Positions 18,241 through 26,436 of a stretch of DNA of 35,716 nt are shown piece by piece (positions within the stretch are counted from its first letter, which is position 1; each line of letters begins with the position of its first letter). The DNA comes from Thermotogota bacterium (GTDB taxonomy: Bacteria; Thermotogota; Thermotogae; UBA12178), in the NCBI GenBank assembly GCA_003538775.1, contig DPRG01000003.1, positions 17,270 to 52,985 on the forward strand. The letters run 5' to 3'. The notes under the pieces are model-generated. The model saw only the letters and a program-made list of their open reading frames with translations, had not been told where the DNA came from and did not search any database. The position numbers were made by a program, and so were the translations under genes.

Positions 18241-19122
18241 TCACCTCACCCGTTCGTTAACTATCAGAATATCTATGCGTCGAAAGCTGTCGCGCAATTC
18301 TTTCAATCGTTCTTCTCTCTGAGCGTCGAGTTTCTGAATCTCCTGTTCGAATTCCTGAGATGTAATCTCACCGTTTTCGAGTTTTCTTTTTAAAAGATTC
18401 TTCGAAGCCTCTATTTCAGCGTTGAGAGCGCTTATTTTTTTCAAAATCTCTCTATCCCCCACGCCAATCGGGTAAAACCTGTCGGGGTTATAAAAATATT
18501 CGGGATCGAATGTTCCGAGTTTAACCTCAGCAAGCCTTTCTATGGATCTACGTTGTTTCAGCTCTTCAGCAAAAAAACGCGCAACGCTTGCGGCTCTGGC
18601 CGCTCCAAGATGCCAGTTTGAAGGATATATGGAAGTAGAAGGAAGGGGCCTGTCGTCAGTGTAACCGTATATCTCAAGAACATTCGTGGTGTGTTCTATA
18701 ACGATGCTGCCTATCACAGATAGCAGTTCCTTCGCCTCTTTTGTGAGAATTGCGCTACCTTCCTCAAAGAAAACGAGGTTTTGAAGTATGATGCGCGTAC
18801 CTCTATCTTCGACCTGAACTGTTATTTTTCCCTTATAGCGTTCATCCTGCATTACACGTAGTATTTCTCTTCTGACACCGGGATTTTGCGTGATCAATGG
18901 TTCCTCCTGGATTGATCTACCACCCAGTAAAACACTTGGTGGTTGTCCCGTCAATGCCAGCTGTATACCAACAGCGACTTGCTGGAACTTACCTGGGCTT
19001 ATATTCGACATAGCAAGCATAGCAACGAAGAAAACCAGGAGCTGAGTTACCATATCACCGTACGTTGTCATCCACGCCGGGGAGCCCGCCGGTTTTTCCT
19101 CACATTTACACTTCTTGGCCAA
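18241..19122 (-). CDS. motB: Flagellar stator protein MotB
   Basis: WMTTYGDMVT..LVFFV plug/TM region, OmpA-like GYTDD, SNWHLGAARA and RRIDI motifs. Confidence 0.95.
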   Translation of the reverse strand: MAKKCKCEEKPAGSPAWMTTYGDMVTQLLVFFVAMLAMSNISPGKFQQVAVGIQLALTGQPPSVLLGGRSIQEEPLITQNPGVRREILRVMQDERYKGKITVQVEDRGTRIILQNLVFFEEGSAILTKEAKELLSVIGSIVIEHTTNVLEIYGYTDDRPLPSTSIYPSNWHLGAARAASVARFFAEELKQRRSIERLAEVKLGTFDPEYFYNPDRFYPIGVGDREILKKISALNAEIEASKNLLKRKLENGEITSQEFEQEIQKLDAQREERLKELRDSFRRIDILIVNERVR

Positions 19123-19920
19123 TCACGCCGCCTCCTCCACGGCAGTTGATGCCGCATAGGCCGCCTTTTCCTTTTCGCTGAGGAACGATCTGAGTTTTTC
19201 TTCGACAAGCCTGGGATTGTCACCAGCCTGGATCGATAACAAACCTTCCAGTATCATCCGCTTTTGCATTAAAACTTTTGAAGCCCTTCCGGCGATCTTT
19301 TCACCCATAGGGAGTGCTACAGCGTTGGCTATCATACTTCCATAAAGAGTCGTCAAAAGCGATTTTGCCATCGCCGGTCCCAGCATATCCGGGTTGTTCA
19401 GAGCCTTCAACATCTGAATGAGACCTATCAACGTTCCAATCAAACCAAAAGCAGGCGCGAAGGCACCCATCGAATCCATAACTGCCCGACGTTCACGAAA
19501 ATCCTCTTCTACAAGCTCAAGCTCAACTTCCATCATGTTTTTAAGAAGATCAGGATCGGTCCCATCTATGACAAGCTGGAGTCCCTTCTTCATAAAGTCA
19601 TCTTCTATCTCCTCGATGTTGCTTTCAAGAGAAAGCAATCCTTCACGCCTGGCTTTTTCAGCAAAACTCACAAGGGTTCTAAGAGTTCCTATCATGTCTA
19701 TTTTCGGCTCTTTCAAAGTGCTGAGTGCGATGTTTATCAAAGCGAAGGAGCGAGCTTTGGGGTGGGCGATCATCACCGCTGCTATGGTTCCCACAACGGT
19801 GATCATGATGGACGAAAACTGCACAAAGTCTCGCATCAAATCCTGAAAACTGCCCACACCGAATATTACAACGAAAATTACGAGAACTATACCAAGAAGT
19901 GTAGAAATGTCCATCATCAC
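19123..19920 (-). CDS. motA: Flagellar stator protein MotA
   Basis: ARREGLLSLE, APAFGLIGTLIGL, LLTTLYG. Confidence 0.96.
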   Translation of the reverse strand: MMMDISTLLGIVLVIFVVIFGVGSFQDLMRDFVQFSSIMITVVGTIAAVMIAHPKARSFALINIALSTLKEPKIDMIGTLRTLVSFAEKARREGLLSLESNIEEIEDDFMKKGLQLVIDGTDPDLLKNMMEVELELVEEDFRERRAVMDSMGAFAPAFGLIGTLIGLIQMLKALNNPDMLGPAMAKSLLTTLYGSMIANAVALPMGEKIAGRASKVLMQKRMILEGLLSIQAGDNPRLVEEKLRSFLSEKEKAAYAASTAVEEAA

Positions 19921-20114
19921 ACCCCCGAAACCTTTTCAAAAATCTTACGTTTGTATTCTATCACTCTCTGGATCACATCTTCAACGCTTTCACGAACTAT
20001 ATACTTCCTTCCATTTACAAGCGTTATCGTGGTGTCTGGACGGGACTCGATGGTTTCTATCAACTCCGCGTTGAGAACAAACGCCTCACCATTCAAGGCT
20101 GTAAGCCAGATCAT
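19917..20114 (-). CDS. flbD: Flagellar FlbD/SwrD family protein
   Basis: MIWLTALNG..FVLNAELIETIESRPDTTITLVNG..YIVRES; start trimmed to the family N-terminus. Confidence 0.9.
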   Translation of the reverse strand: MIWLTALNGEAFVLNAELIETIESRPDTTITLVNGRKYIVRESVEDVIQRVIEYKRKIFEKVSGV

Positions 20115-20207
20115 CCCACTACCACCCCAACTGCTGTATACCTCCTCCCTATCATGGGAAAGCCCAAATCTGTCACTGTGCTCCACATTCCGCATATCAA
20201 TCCCATT

Positions 20208-22025
20208 TCACTTTTCGCCACCGGGATGTTCTACTCCTAAGAGTTTCATAAACTGTTCTTCGAATTCTGCGGTCGGATGAAGCGCGACTTCATGGGATAT
20301 CAGCAGCAGTTTTCCACGACCTACATTATAAACCACCAAATCCCTTTCAACACCATCCTCAAGTATTGCTGTGCCATCTGCCGAAAAACGCACCTTCAGT
20401 CCGAGAGTCTCAAGCAAAGAGTTATACGTTGCCACTATCTCTGGTTCAAGGGGATCTCTCGAAGCCACAAGTACCAAATAGCCCCCTTCATTTAGATGAT
20501 CGGATATAAACATCATTTCTTTTGCGCTCAGTTTTTTCAACATTGGAACGAAACCCCCGGCGTCTGGAAGAGGCAGAATGAATATGGACTTACCTTTCAA
20601 AGACGCTGGACGCATCCTGCCCCTCAAAACCTCGACGCGCCCGCCAAGATCTTCGATCAATTTCAAAAGCTCTCCATTTAGTAATTCCTGACCGTTTTCA
20701 TGCGTCGTATCCAATAAGGCAGAAAACCTCGCAAGGTGCAGCGGCTTTTCCCACGATAGTTCACCGTTGATGTAAATTTGCAGTAATCCTTCTTCCTCCG
20801 ATGAGAGTTCAATACTCGTGGAAGCCCTCGAAAGTGGTTCAAGTCTGACCCGGCGGTTAAAGACCTCCTCATTCGAAAGCCTTATAGAAAGATCAACGTA
20901 CGAAGTTTCTTCGTTCCAGTTAACAAGGTCAAACTTCAAAATAAATGGCTCTTCATGGGCTGGTCTTGAAGGAGAAAAAGCAGGATTCATAACGTAAAGA
21001 CCTGAACTACTTTGAAACCATATGGGTGAGGTTATGATATCGTCGCCATCTTTCTCATGAATTTTCAGATAAACCCATTCATAGTTAAGATCTAATGTGA
21101 TATCCGTTGAAAACTCCCATTTCTCTCCAGACACGGGTAGCGAAATCTCTCCATCAAGGGAAACGAGTGTTGCAGAAGATACAGGATCACCAATGTCTTC
21201 GAAAGATATCCTCAGTGTTACTTTTGTGGCGTCATAAACTATATCCCCCATAATCGCATCATCCGCGGAAAACATCACATACGCATTCTTATCTTCAGTC
21301 GCATACACATGCCGACTCCTTAAAGCCCTCATGACGGACTCGTAGTCAAGCGAATCAGCTATCACCGCTGTGCGAGCATCGTTTGCGCTCCCCCAGTTAG
21401 CTTTATGGTTATCCTGGTTGGCGGTCGCTCCAACATGCCAGCCCTTTCTCAAAGCATCGCGATACGCCATCTCCATCTCCTGTGAAATCACTTCTCCACT
21501 CGCCCAGTTGCCGTTTCCCACTTCCAGGAGATTGATGTACCTGTCAACCTCCGGAAAATATATAAATTCTCTGAAGTTATCCCCAAAATCTCGCACAGGA
21601 TGATTGAACTGCGCAAGCGCCTTGTGTTTTACAATCCACTCGTAAAGCTGAAAAAGGTCAGCCTGATCTCTACTGATCCATTCCTCCGTATCATAGACAT
21701 TGATGTGCCCATAGCCTGTCGCCGTCCATTCAAAACCAGCCAGGGCGAGAAAAACACCTGGTTCGGTGAATTCCGCGGCATACTCTTTAGTTCTGGCAAA
21801 TTTATCCGATCCATCTTCAAGTGGCTGAACGAAATAATGAGCGTGATCGGTTATTGCCTGGATATCCAGCCCAGCGATATAACGCGCGTGATTGAAAGCC
21901 TGCACTGGATCTCCTTCTCCATCTGAATAAGACGTGTGCGCATGCAGGTTCCCAAAATAGACTGCCGAAAAGGCTATTAGAGGCAGAAAGAGAATCACGA
22001 AAAAGAGGATTTTCAATCTCTTCAT
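20208..22025 (-). CDS. Secreted PHP-fold metallohydrolase (CehA/McbA-like) with Ig-like and C-terminal alpha/beta domains
   Basis: Signal peptide, GNLHAHTSYSDG, AITDH, GHIN, FNHP and NQDNH metal-binding motifs. Confidence 0.82.
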   Translation of the reverse strand: MKRLKILFFVILFLPLIAFSAVYFGNLHAHTSYSDGEGDPVQAFNHARYIAGLDIQAITDHAHYFVQPLEDGSDKFARTKEYAAEFTEPGVFLALAGFEWTATGYGHINVYDTEEWISRDQADLFQLYEWIVKHKALAQFNHPVRDFGDNFREFIYFPEVDRYINLLEVGNGNWASGEVISQEMEMAYRDALRKGWHVGATANQDNHKANWGSANDARTAVIADSLDYESVMRALRSRHVYATEDKNAYVMFSADDAIMGDIVYDATKVTLRISFEDIGDPVSSATLVSLDGEISLPVSGEKWEFSTDITLDLNYEWVYLKIHEKDGDDIITSPIWFQSSSGLYVMNPAFSPSRPAHEEPFILKFDLVNWNEETSYVDLSIRLSNEEVFNRRVRLEPLSRASTSIELSSEEEGLLQIYINGELSWEKPLHLARFSALLDTTHENGQELLNGELLKLIEDLGGRVEVLRGRMRPASLKGKSIFILPLPDAGGFVPMLKKLSAKEMMFISDHLNEGGYLVLVASRDPLEPEIVATYNSLLETLGLKVRFSADGTAILEDGVERDLVVYNVGRGKLLLISHEVALHPTAEFEEQFMKLLGVEHPGGEK

Positions 22026-22690
22026 GCTTTTTCCTTCTCCTTTCCTGGCCTTTTTCTATCGAAGATCGCATAAACGATGAGCAAAAGAAGTACAAAAACA
22101 GCCAGCATTATGAAGTTATAGAGTGGAGTCATTTCCACTGCTTCGTGTTTTAAAATCTTTAACTGTATCGCTCCCACGGAAAGTAAAGCGAGTCCTCCCG
22201 CTCCTGTTATCATGGCAAGAGCCGAGGAAACAGACTCTCTTTTCGTTGTCGCCACGATAGCACCTATGGCACCGAAAACTCCAAAGAATATCAGACGCAT
22301 GTAGTTTGGCGAAATGGGAATACTTTCAAGCATGTCGGGTATCATAACTCCCAGCGCATACCACACACCAAGTCCAAGAAGCCCTCCCCCTAAAAATCCA
22401 AGAACCGTTATAGCCGTCGCATAAACCGTGTAAAGCAACGCGGCAACGACGACTCCAACTATTAAACTTATCCCCGCTTCTAACCCCGGCTTTTCCTGCA
22501 CCAGACGATTGTAAGCTTCAAAATCTTTCAAAATGGGCACCACTATGGTCAAACCAACGTAGAAACCAAAAGCTGTTATTATTACTCTGGGTGCCAATCT
22601 ATGTCCAAAAAGCAGGAAAATCGCAAGCGGCAACGTAAGCCACCAGTAAGATATCAATGTGGTCATCATGGCATCAAGCTGAACGTTCAT
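22022..22690 (-). CDS. Multi-pass membrane protein (DUF4203-like)
   Basis: About 7 Gly-rich hydrophobic segments; ATG 22690 follows AAGGAGGGG. Confidence 0.65.
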   Translation of the reverse strand: MNVQLDAMMTTLISYWWLTLPLAIFLLFGHRLAPRVIITAFGFYVGLTIVVPILKDFEAYNRLVQEKPGLEAGISLIVGVVVAALLYTVYATAITVLGFLGGGLLGLGVWYALGVMIPDMLESIPISPNYMRLIFFGVFGAIGAIVATTKRESVSSALAMITGAGGLALLSVGAIQLKILKHEAVEMTPLYNFIMLAVFVLLLLIVYAIFDRKRPGKEKEKA

Positions 22691-22761
22691 CCATACCCCT
22701 CCTTCGCCTTGGCTATCACATAACAAGTTTACAACAGATTCTAAAATGAAAGGAGAGATGA

Positions 22762-23544
22762 GTGTTGACACTTAAAAACAAGATCGCATACCTGTTTGAC
22801 ATGGATGGAACGATAAACATTGGAAACAAAGCCTTTCCGGCGGCCATAGAGCTGTTCAAAAAGCTTCACAAGATGGGCAAAAAAGTCATAGTTCTTACCA
22901 ATAACTCTTCGAGGACATCGAAAGAACACATGGCAAAACTGATAGATATGGGATTCCAGGAAAACACTTTCTCTGTGTATTCTTCTGTTGATGTAACCAT
23001 TGAATATCTGAAAGAAGAACACCCAAAATCCAGAATCTATCTTTTAGGAACAAACTCAGTCAAGCGGGAATTTGAAAGAAATGGCATTCAAATCAGTGAG
23101 GAATCACCCGATATAGCGGTTCTTTCATTTGATACGGAGCTTACATACGAAAAACTCAAACGTTTCTGTCGATTTGTAAGAGAAGGCGCCTTTTACGTGG
23201 CCACCAATCCGGATATCAACTGCCCTTCAGAAGAAGGCCCTATCCCTGACGCTGGTAGTTTAATAGCCGCCGTGGAACGATCAACCGGGAGGGTTCCTGA
23301 CTTAGTTGTCGGTAAACCCAATCCAACAATGCTTCATACGCTTCTCGAAAAGCTGGATTTGAAGCCTGAAGATGCTGTTATGATTGGGGACAGGCTTTAT
23401 ACAGACATAGAAATGGCCAAAAGAGCTGGTATCGATGCGATATTGGTGTTAAGCGGAGAAACCAGAAAAGAAGATCTCAAAATGCCTGTGCAGGAAAATC
23501 CCCTTGTTTTTGAAAGCGTTGAAAGTATCCTGAAACTACTGTAG
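22762..23544 (+). CDS. HAD-IIA family phosphatase (NagD-like)
   Basis: DMDGT, LTNNS, ATNPD, GKP, IGDRLYTD. Confidence 0.93.
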   Translation: MLTLKNKIAYLFDMDGTINIGNKAFPAAIELFKKLHKMGKKVIVLTNNSSRTSKEHMAKLIDMGFQENTFSVYSSVDVTIEYLKEEHPKSRIYLLGTNSVKREFERNGIQISEESPDIAVLSFDTELTYEKLKRFCRFVREGAFYVATNPDINCPSEEGPIPDAGSLIAAVERSTGRVPDLVVGKPNPTMLHTLLEKLDLKPEDAVMIGDRLYTDIEMAKRAGIDAILVLSGETRKEDLKMPVQENPLVFESVESILKLL

Positions 23545-23648
23545 ATTCTTCACCAGCTTATTTTAATTGCTTCTCGAACCTTTTCCTTCATTTGAAAGTC
23601 AAACCGAAAGGATAAGGGTTTAGTCTGAAAATCAGGAGGTGCGGTGGT

Positions 23649-24335
23649 ATGAAAAAAGCTTTGGGCATTTTATTCATCACTCTGCTTATGCTGGGATTGG
23701 CGGGATGTGGATGGCTATTTCCACCCTCCACTGTCGATGTGAAGATTGGTAAGGTTGTCATTGATACGGTACCAAGAAAAGGATTCAACCTGATAGAAGT
23801 CGACCAAACCGTTGCTCCACGATTAGAAGAGTTGTGGAAAGCGGGCAAATTGAAGCTTTTCTATGGTTACTATACCGGTGGAGGTAGCATAGAAGACAAA
23901 CGCGCCGGCGCACGAATGGAAGCCCTTAACGACCTTGCCAACTTCATGCGAACGAGGGTGAACGCGGTAGAACAAAAAGTCAGCGGCGTCATGAATCAGT
24001 ACATTACCGACGAAAAAGGAAAAGAACAGCTACAATCCCTTACTCAGAGCTTCATGAAGAGAGTCCTTGAGCTGGCGACTAACGCCGACATAATGGGAGC
24101 ACGCGTCATTGCTTTCTATTCCTTCGAACTTGAAGGCAGACAGACCTACAAAGTCGCTATGTTTTTCGATCCAGAGCAGGCATGGGAAGCGATCTCTTTG
24201 AATAGACTCTACCTTCAAGAATACGAGAAATTGAAGGATCAAGCGAGGGCTATGGGAGAAGCTGGCCAGGAATTCTTCAAACAACTAAACAGTGTTCTCG
24301 AAGAAGCCTTGAAGAACCCCAACGCACAGCCGTAA
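23649..24335 (+). CDS. Lipoprotein, paralog 1 (LPP20-like)
   Basis: Lipobox LAG-C and SD AGGAGGT; shares ARxEA..LA.F...RV..VE.K with the next two genes. Confidence 0.75.
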   Translation: MKKALGILFITLLMLGLAGCGWLFPPSTVDVKIGKVVIDTVPRKGFNLIEVDQTVAPRLEELWKAGKLKLFYGYYTGGGSIEDKRAGARMEALNDLANFMRTRVNAVEQKVSGVMNQYITDEKGKEQLQSLTQSFMKRVLELATNADIMGARVIAFYSFELEGRQTYKVAMFFDPEQAWEAISLNRLYLQEYEKLKDQARAMGEAGQEFFKQLNSVLEEALKNPNAQP

Positions 24336-24346
24336 ACCCAATATCT

Positions 24347-24376
24347 AAAAAGCCCCGTCTTCTGACGGGGCTTTTT
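24347..24376 (+). terminator. Intrinsic terminator
   Basis: AAAAAGCCCCGTC-ttct-GACGGGGCTTTTT perfect stem with U-tract. Confidence 0.9.
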
Positions 24377-24417
24377 ACGCCTTAATTGCTGGTCCTATTT
24401 TATAAGGGGGATATGTT

Positions 24418-25092
24418 ATGAAAGCACTTATTGTTTCACTGTTTGCCGTGCTTTTAGTTTTTACAGCATGCTCACCGGATAACAGTTACCGTACTCCAAC
24501 ACCGGAACTTTCTATTCCTCTTGTCCCTCTTTATGTGGGTGGGTTTAAACTTGCGATGATTCCTTCTGATGCCATCGTGGATCTAAAGGACGATACCGTT
24601 GGACAAAGGCTGACGCAACTTGCTCAATCAGGAAGGCTCTTTGTTTTTTACGGAGAAGCCTCTACTCCCACTCCTTTTCCAGAGGAAGGATACAAAGCTG
24701 CAAGAACCGAGGCTTTCGTTAAGATCTCACAGTTTGTGGAATTGAGGGTAAAAAGCATAGAATGGAAGATTTCCTCAACGATCTCCCAAACAGGCACTCC
24801 AAAAAGTCTGAAGGCATTAACAGAGTCGATAATAAAAAGAGCCATACAGATATCCACAGATGTTAACTTCAGCGGCGCAAGAGATATCGTCAGATACAGG
24901 CTCGACCGACCTGGGGAGCTCGACAGGTACGTTGTTGTGGTCCTCTTCGATCCTGAGGTCTTACTCACAAGTTTGAAAGGTTCTATGGAATACCTGAAAC
25001 TGCGAAATACTGCGGAGCAGATGGGAGAGAGCGGGAAAATATTCTTCGAACAGTTAAACGAGGTTTTAGAAGAAGCTTTCAAAGCTTTCTGA
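24418..25092 (+). CDS. Lipoprotein, paralog 2 (LPP20-like)
   Basis: Lipobox FTA-C; PTPFPEEGYKAARTEA. Confidence 0.75.
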   Translation: MKALIVSLFAVLLVFTACSPDNSYRTPTPELSIPLVPLYVGGFKLAMIPSDAIVDLKDDTVGQRLTQLAQSGRLFVFYGEASTPTPFPEEGYKAARTEAFVKISQFVELRVKSIEWKISSTISQTGTPKSLKALTESIIKRAIQISTDVNFSGARDIVRYRLDRPGELDRYVVVVLFDPEVLLTSLKGSMEYLKLRNTAEQMGESGKIFFEQLNEVLEEAFKAF

Positions 25093-25096
25093 GTGG

Positions 25097-25810
25097 GTGA
25101 TGGAGATGAGAATAAGCAGGTTTAAACTGTTTACACTGCTGTACCTTTTATTTCTATCCCTGATTCTGCTGACTTCCTGCGGAAGTGCGGGTTTATTAGA
25201 ACCCGAAAGAAATGTTACGTTATCAGCAGGTGTTACAGTCTATATAGATGAAATACCCCTTGTCACATTGCCCGAGGGCTCCGTGGTCGAACGGATAGAC
25301 TTATCTCTGTCCTCAAAAATTAAGAGTCTTTATCAAAGCGGAAGGTTAATAGTTTTCTTTGGCACAGCTTCCAGCCCAACTCCTTTTCCTGAAGAAGGCT
25401 ATGCCAGCGCCCGACTTGAAGCATTACAACAAATGGCTCAATTTATCCATTCGCGCGTTCAAAGTGTTGAAACAAAGCTCAACACAACTATAAGCACGTT
25501 GATTGAAGATCAGAATACCAAATCAGAAGCGTTTGCTGTGACTCAAAGCGTTCTCAAAAAAACAGAAAAATTGTTTGTGGATGTTAGAATATACGGTGGT
25601 CGTGAAATAGTCTGGTACAGATATCATAAAACAGGTGAGCTTCCGCGGTACGGTGTTGTTATTCTTTACGATCCATACGAGGCGTACCTGGCATTGATGA
25701 GCAACACGGATTTCAGGGCAGCTTTTGAAGAAGCGAGACAAAAACTTCCAGCGGACTTATCAAAAGAGCTCGAAACGGGTCTGGAAGAAACTTTAGGATT
25801 ACAGGAGTGA
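25097..25810 (+). CDS. Lipoprotein, paralog 3 (LPP20-like)
   Basis: Lipobox LTS-C; PTPFPEEGYASARLEA. Confidence 0.75.
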   Translation: MMEMRISRFKLFTLLYLLFLSLILLTSCGSAGLLEPERNVTLSAGVTVYIDEIPLVTLPEGSVVERIDLSLSSKIKSLYQSGRLIVFFGTASSPTPFPEEGYASARLEALQQMAQFIHSRVQSVETKLNTTISTLIEDQNTKSEAFAVTQSVLKKTEKLFVDVRIYGGREIVWYRYHKTGELPRYGVVILYDPYEAYLALMSNTDFRAAFEEARQKLPADLSKELETGLEETLGLQE

Positions 25811-26436
25811 ACCGTTTGAAAGTACTCGTTGCCACCACAAATATGAATAAATTCTTCGAAATCCAGTCGATTGCTCCTTCCTGGATTGAGTTGCTTTCTT
25901 TATCTCAATTTGAGCAGGTTCCGAAAGTCGAAGAATACGGCAATTCCTTTGTGGAAAACTCCATCATAAAAGCCGTAAATTACGCTAACTTCTTCCAGAT
26001 TCCAGTTATTGCCGACGATTCTGGTCTGGTTATAGATGCTCTCGATGGAAAACCCGGACTGCAATCTGCGCGCTTCATGGAAGGACAACCCTACAGAATA
26101 AAAATGACCAGGATTTTGGAACAGCTTAAGGGCGTCGAAAACAGAAACGCTGCTTTCCACTGCGCCGCGAGCTTCTATGATCCAAAAACATCGATTCTTC
26201 TTTCGTTTGAAGGGATAATCAAAGGTTCAATTGCACTGGAAATAAGAGGAGAAGGTGGCTTTGGATACGATCCCATCTTTGTTCCTCTTCATAGAACGAA
26301 AACCTTCGGGGAACTTCCTCAAGATTTAAAAAACGCCATAAGTCATCGCGCACGAGCTTTCAGGGGCCTCTTTCATCTAATATCTTCTGTATTTCATTCC
26401 AGAGGTCCGATGCCATCTGGGGATCGCGCTGGTTGA
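25807..26436 (+). CDS. rdgB: Non-canonical purine NTP pyrophosphatase (RdgB/HAM1)
   Basis: ATTNMNK, ADDSGL, GFGYDPIF, SHRARA. Confidence 0.95.
   Translation: MNRLKVLVATTNMNKFFEIQSIAPSWIELLSLSQFEQVPKVEEYGNSFVENSIIKAVNYANFFQIPVIADDSGLVIDALDGKPGLQSARFMEGQPYRIKMTRILEQLKGVENRNAAFHCAASFYDPKTSILLSFEGIIKGSIALEIRGEGGFGYDPIFVPLHRTKTFGELPQDLKNAISHRARAFRGLFHLISSVFHSRGPMPSGDRAG

Noticed and set aside
20115-20207. Sigma-28 promoter or leader peptide upstream of flbD
   Set aside because: There is no TAAA-N15-GCCGATAA match, and the AGGAGG there precedes only a three-codon TTG ORF.
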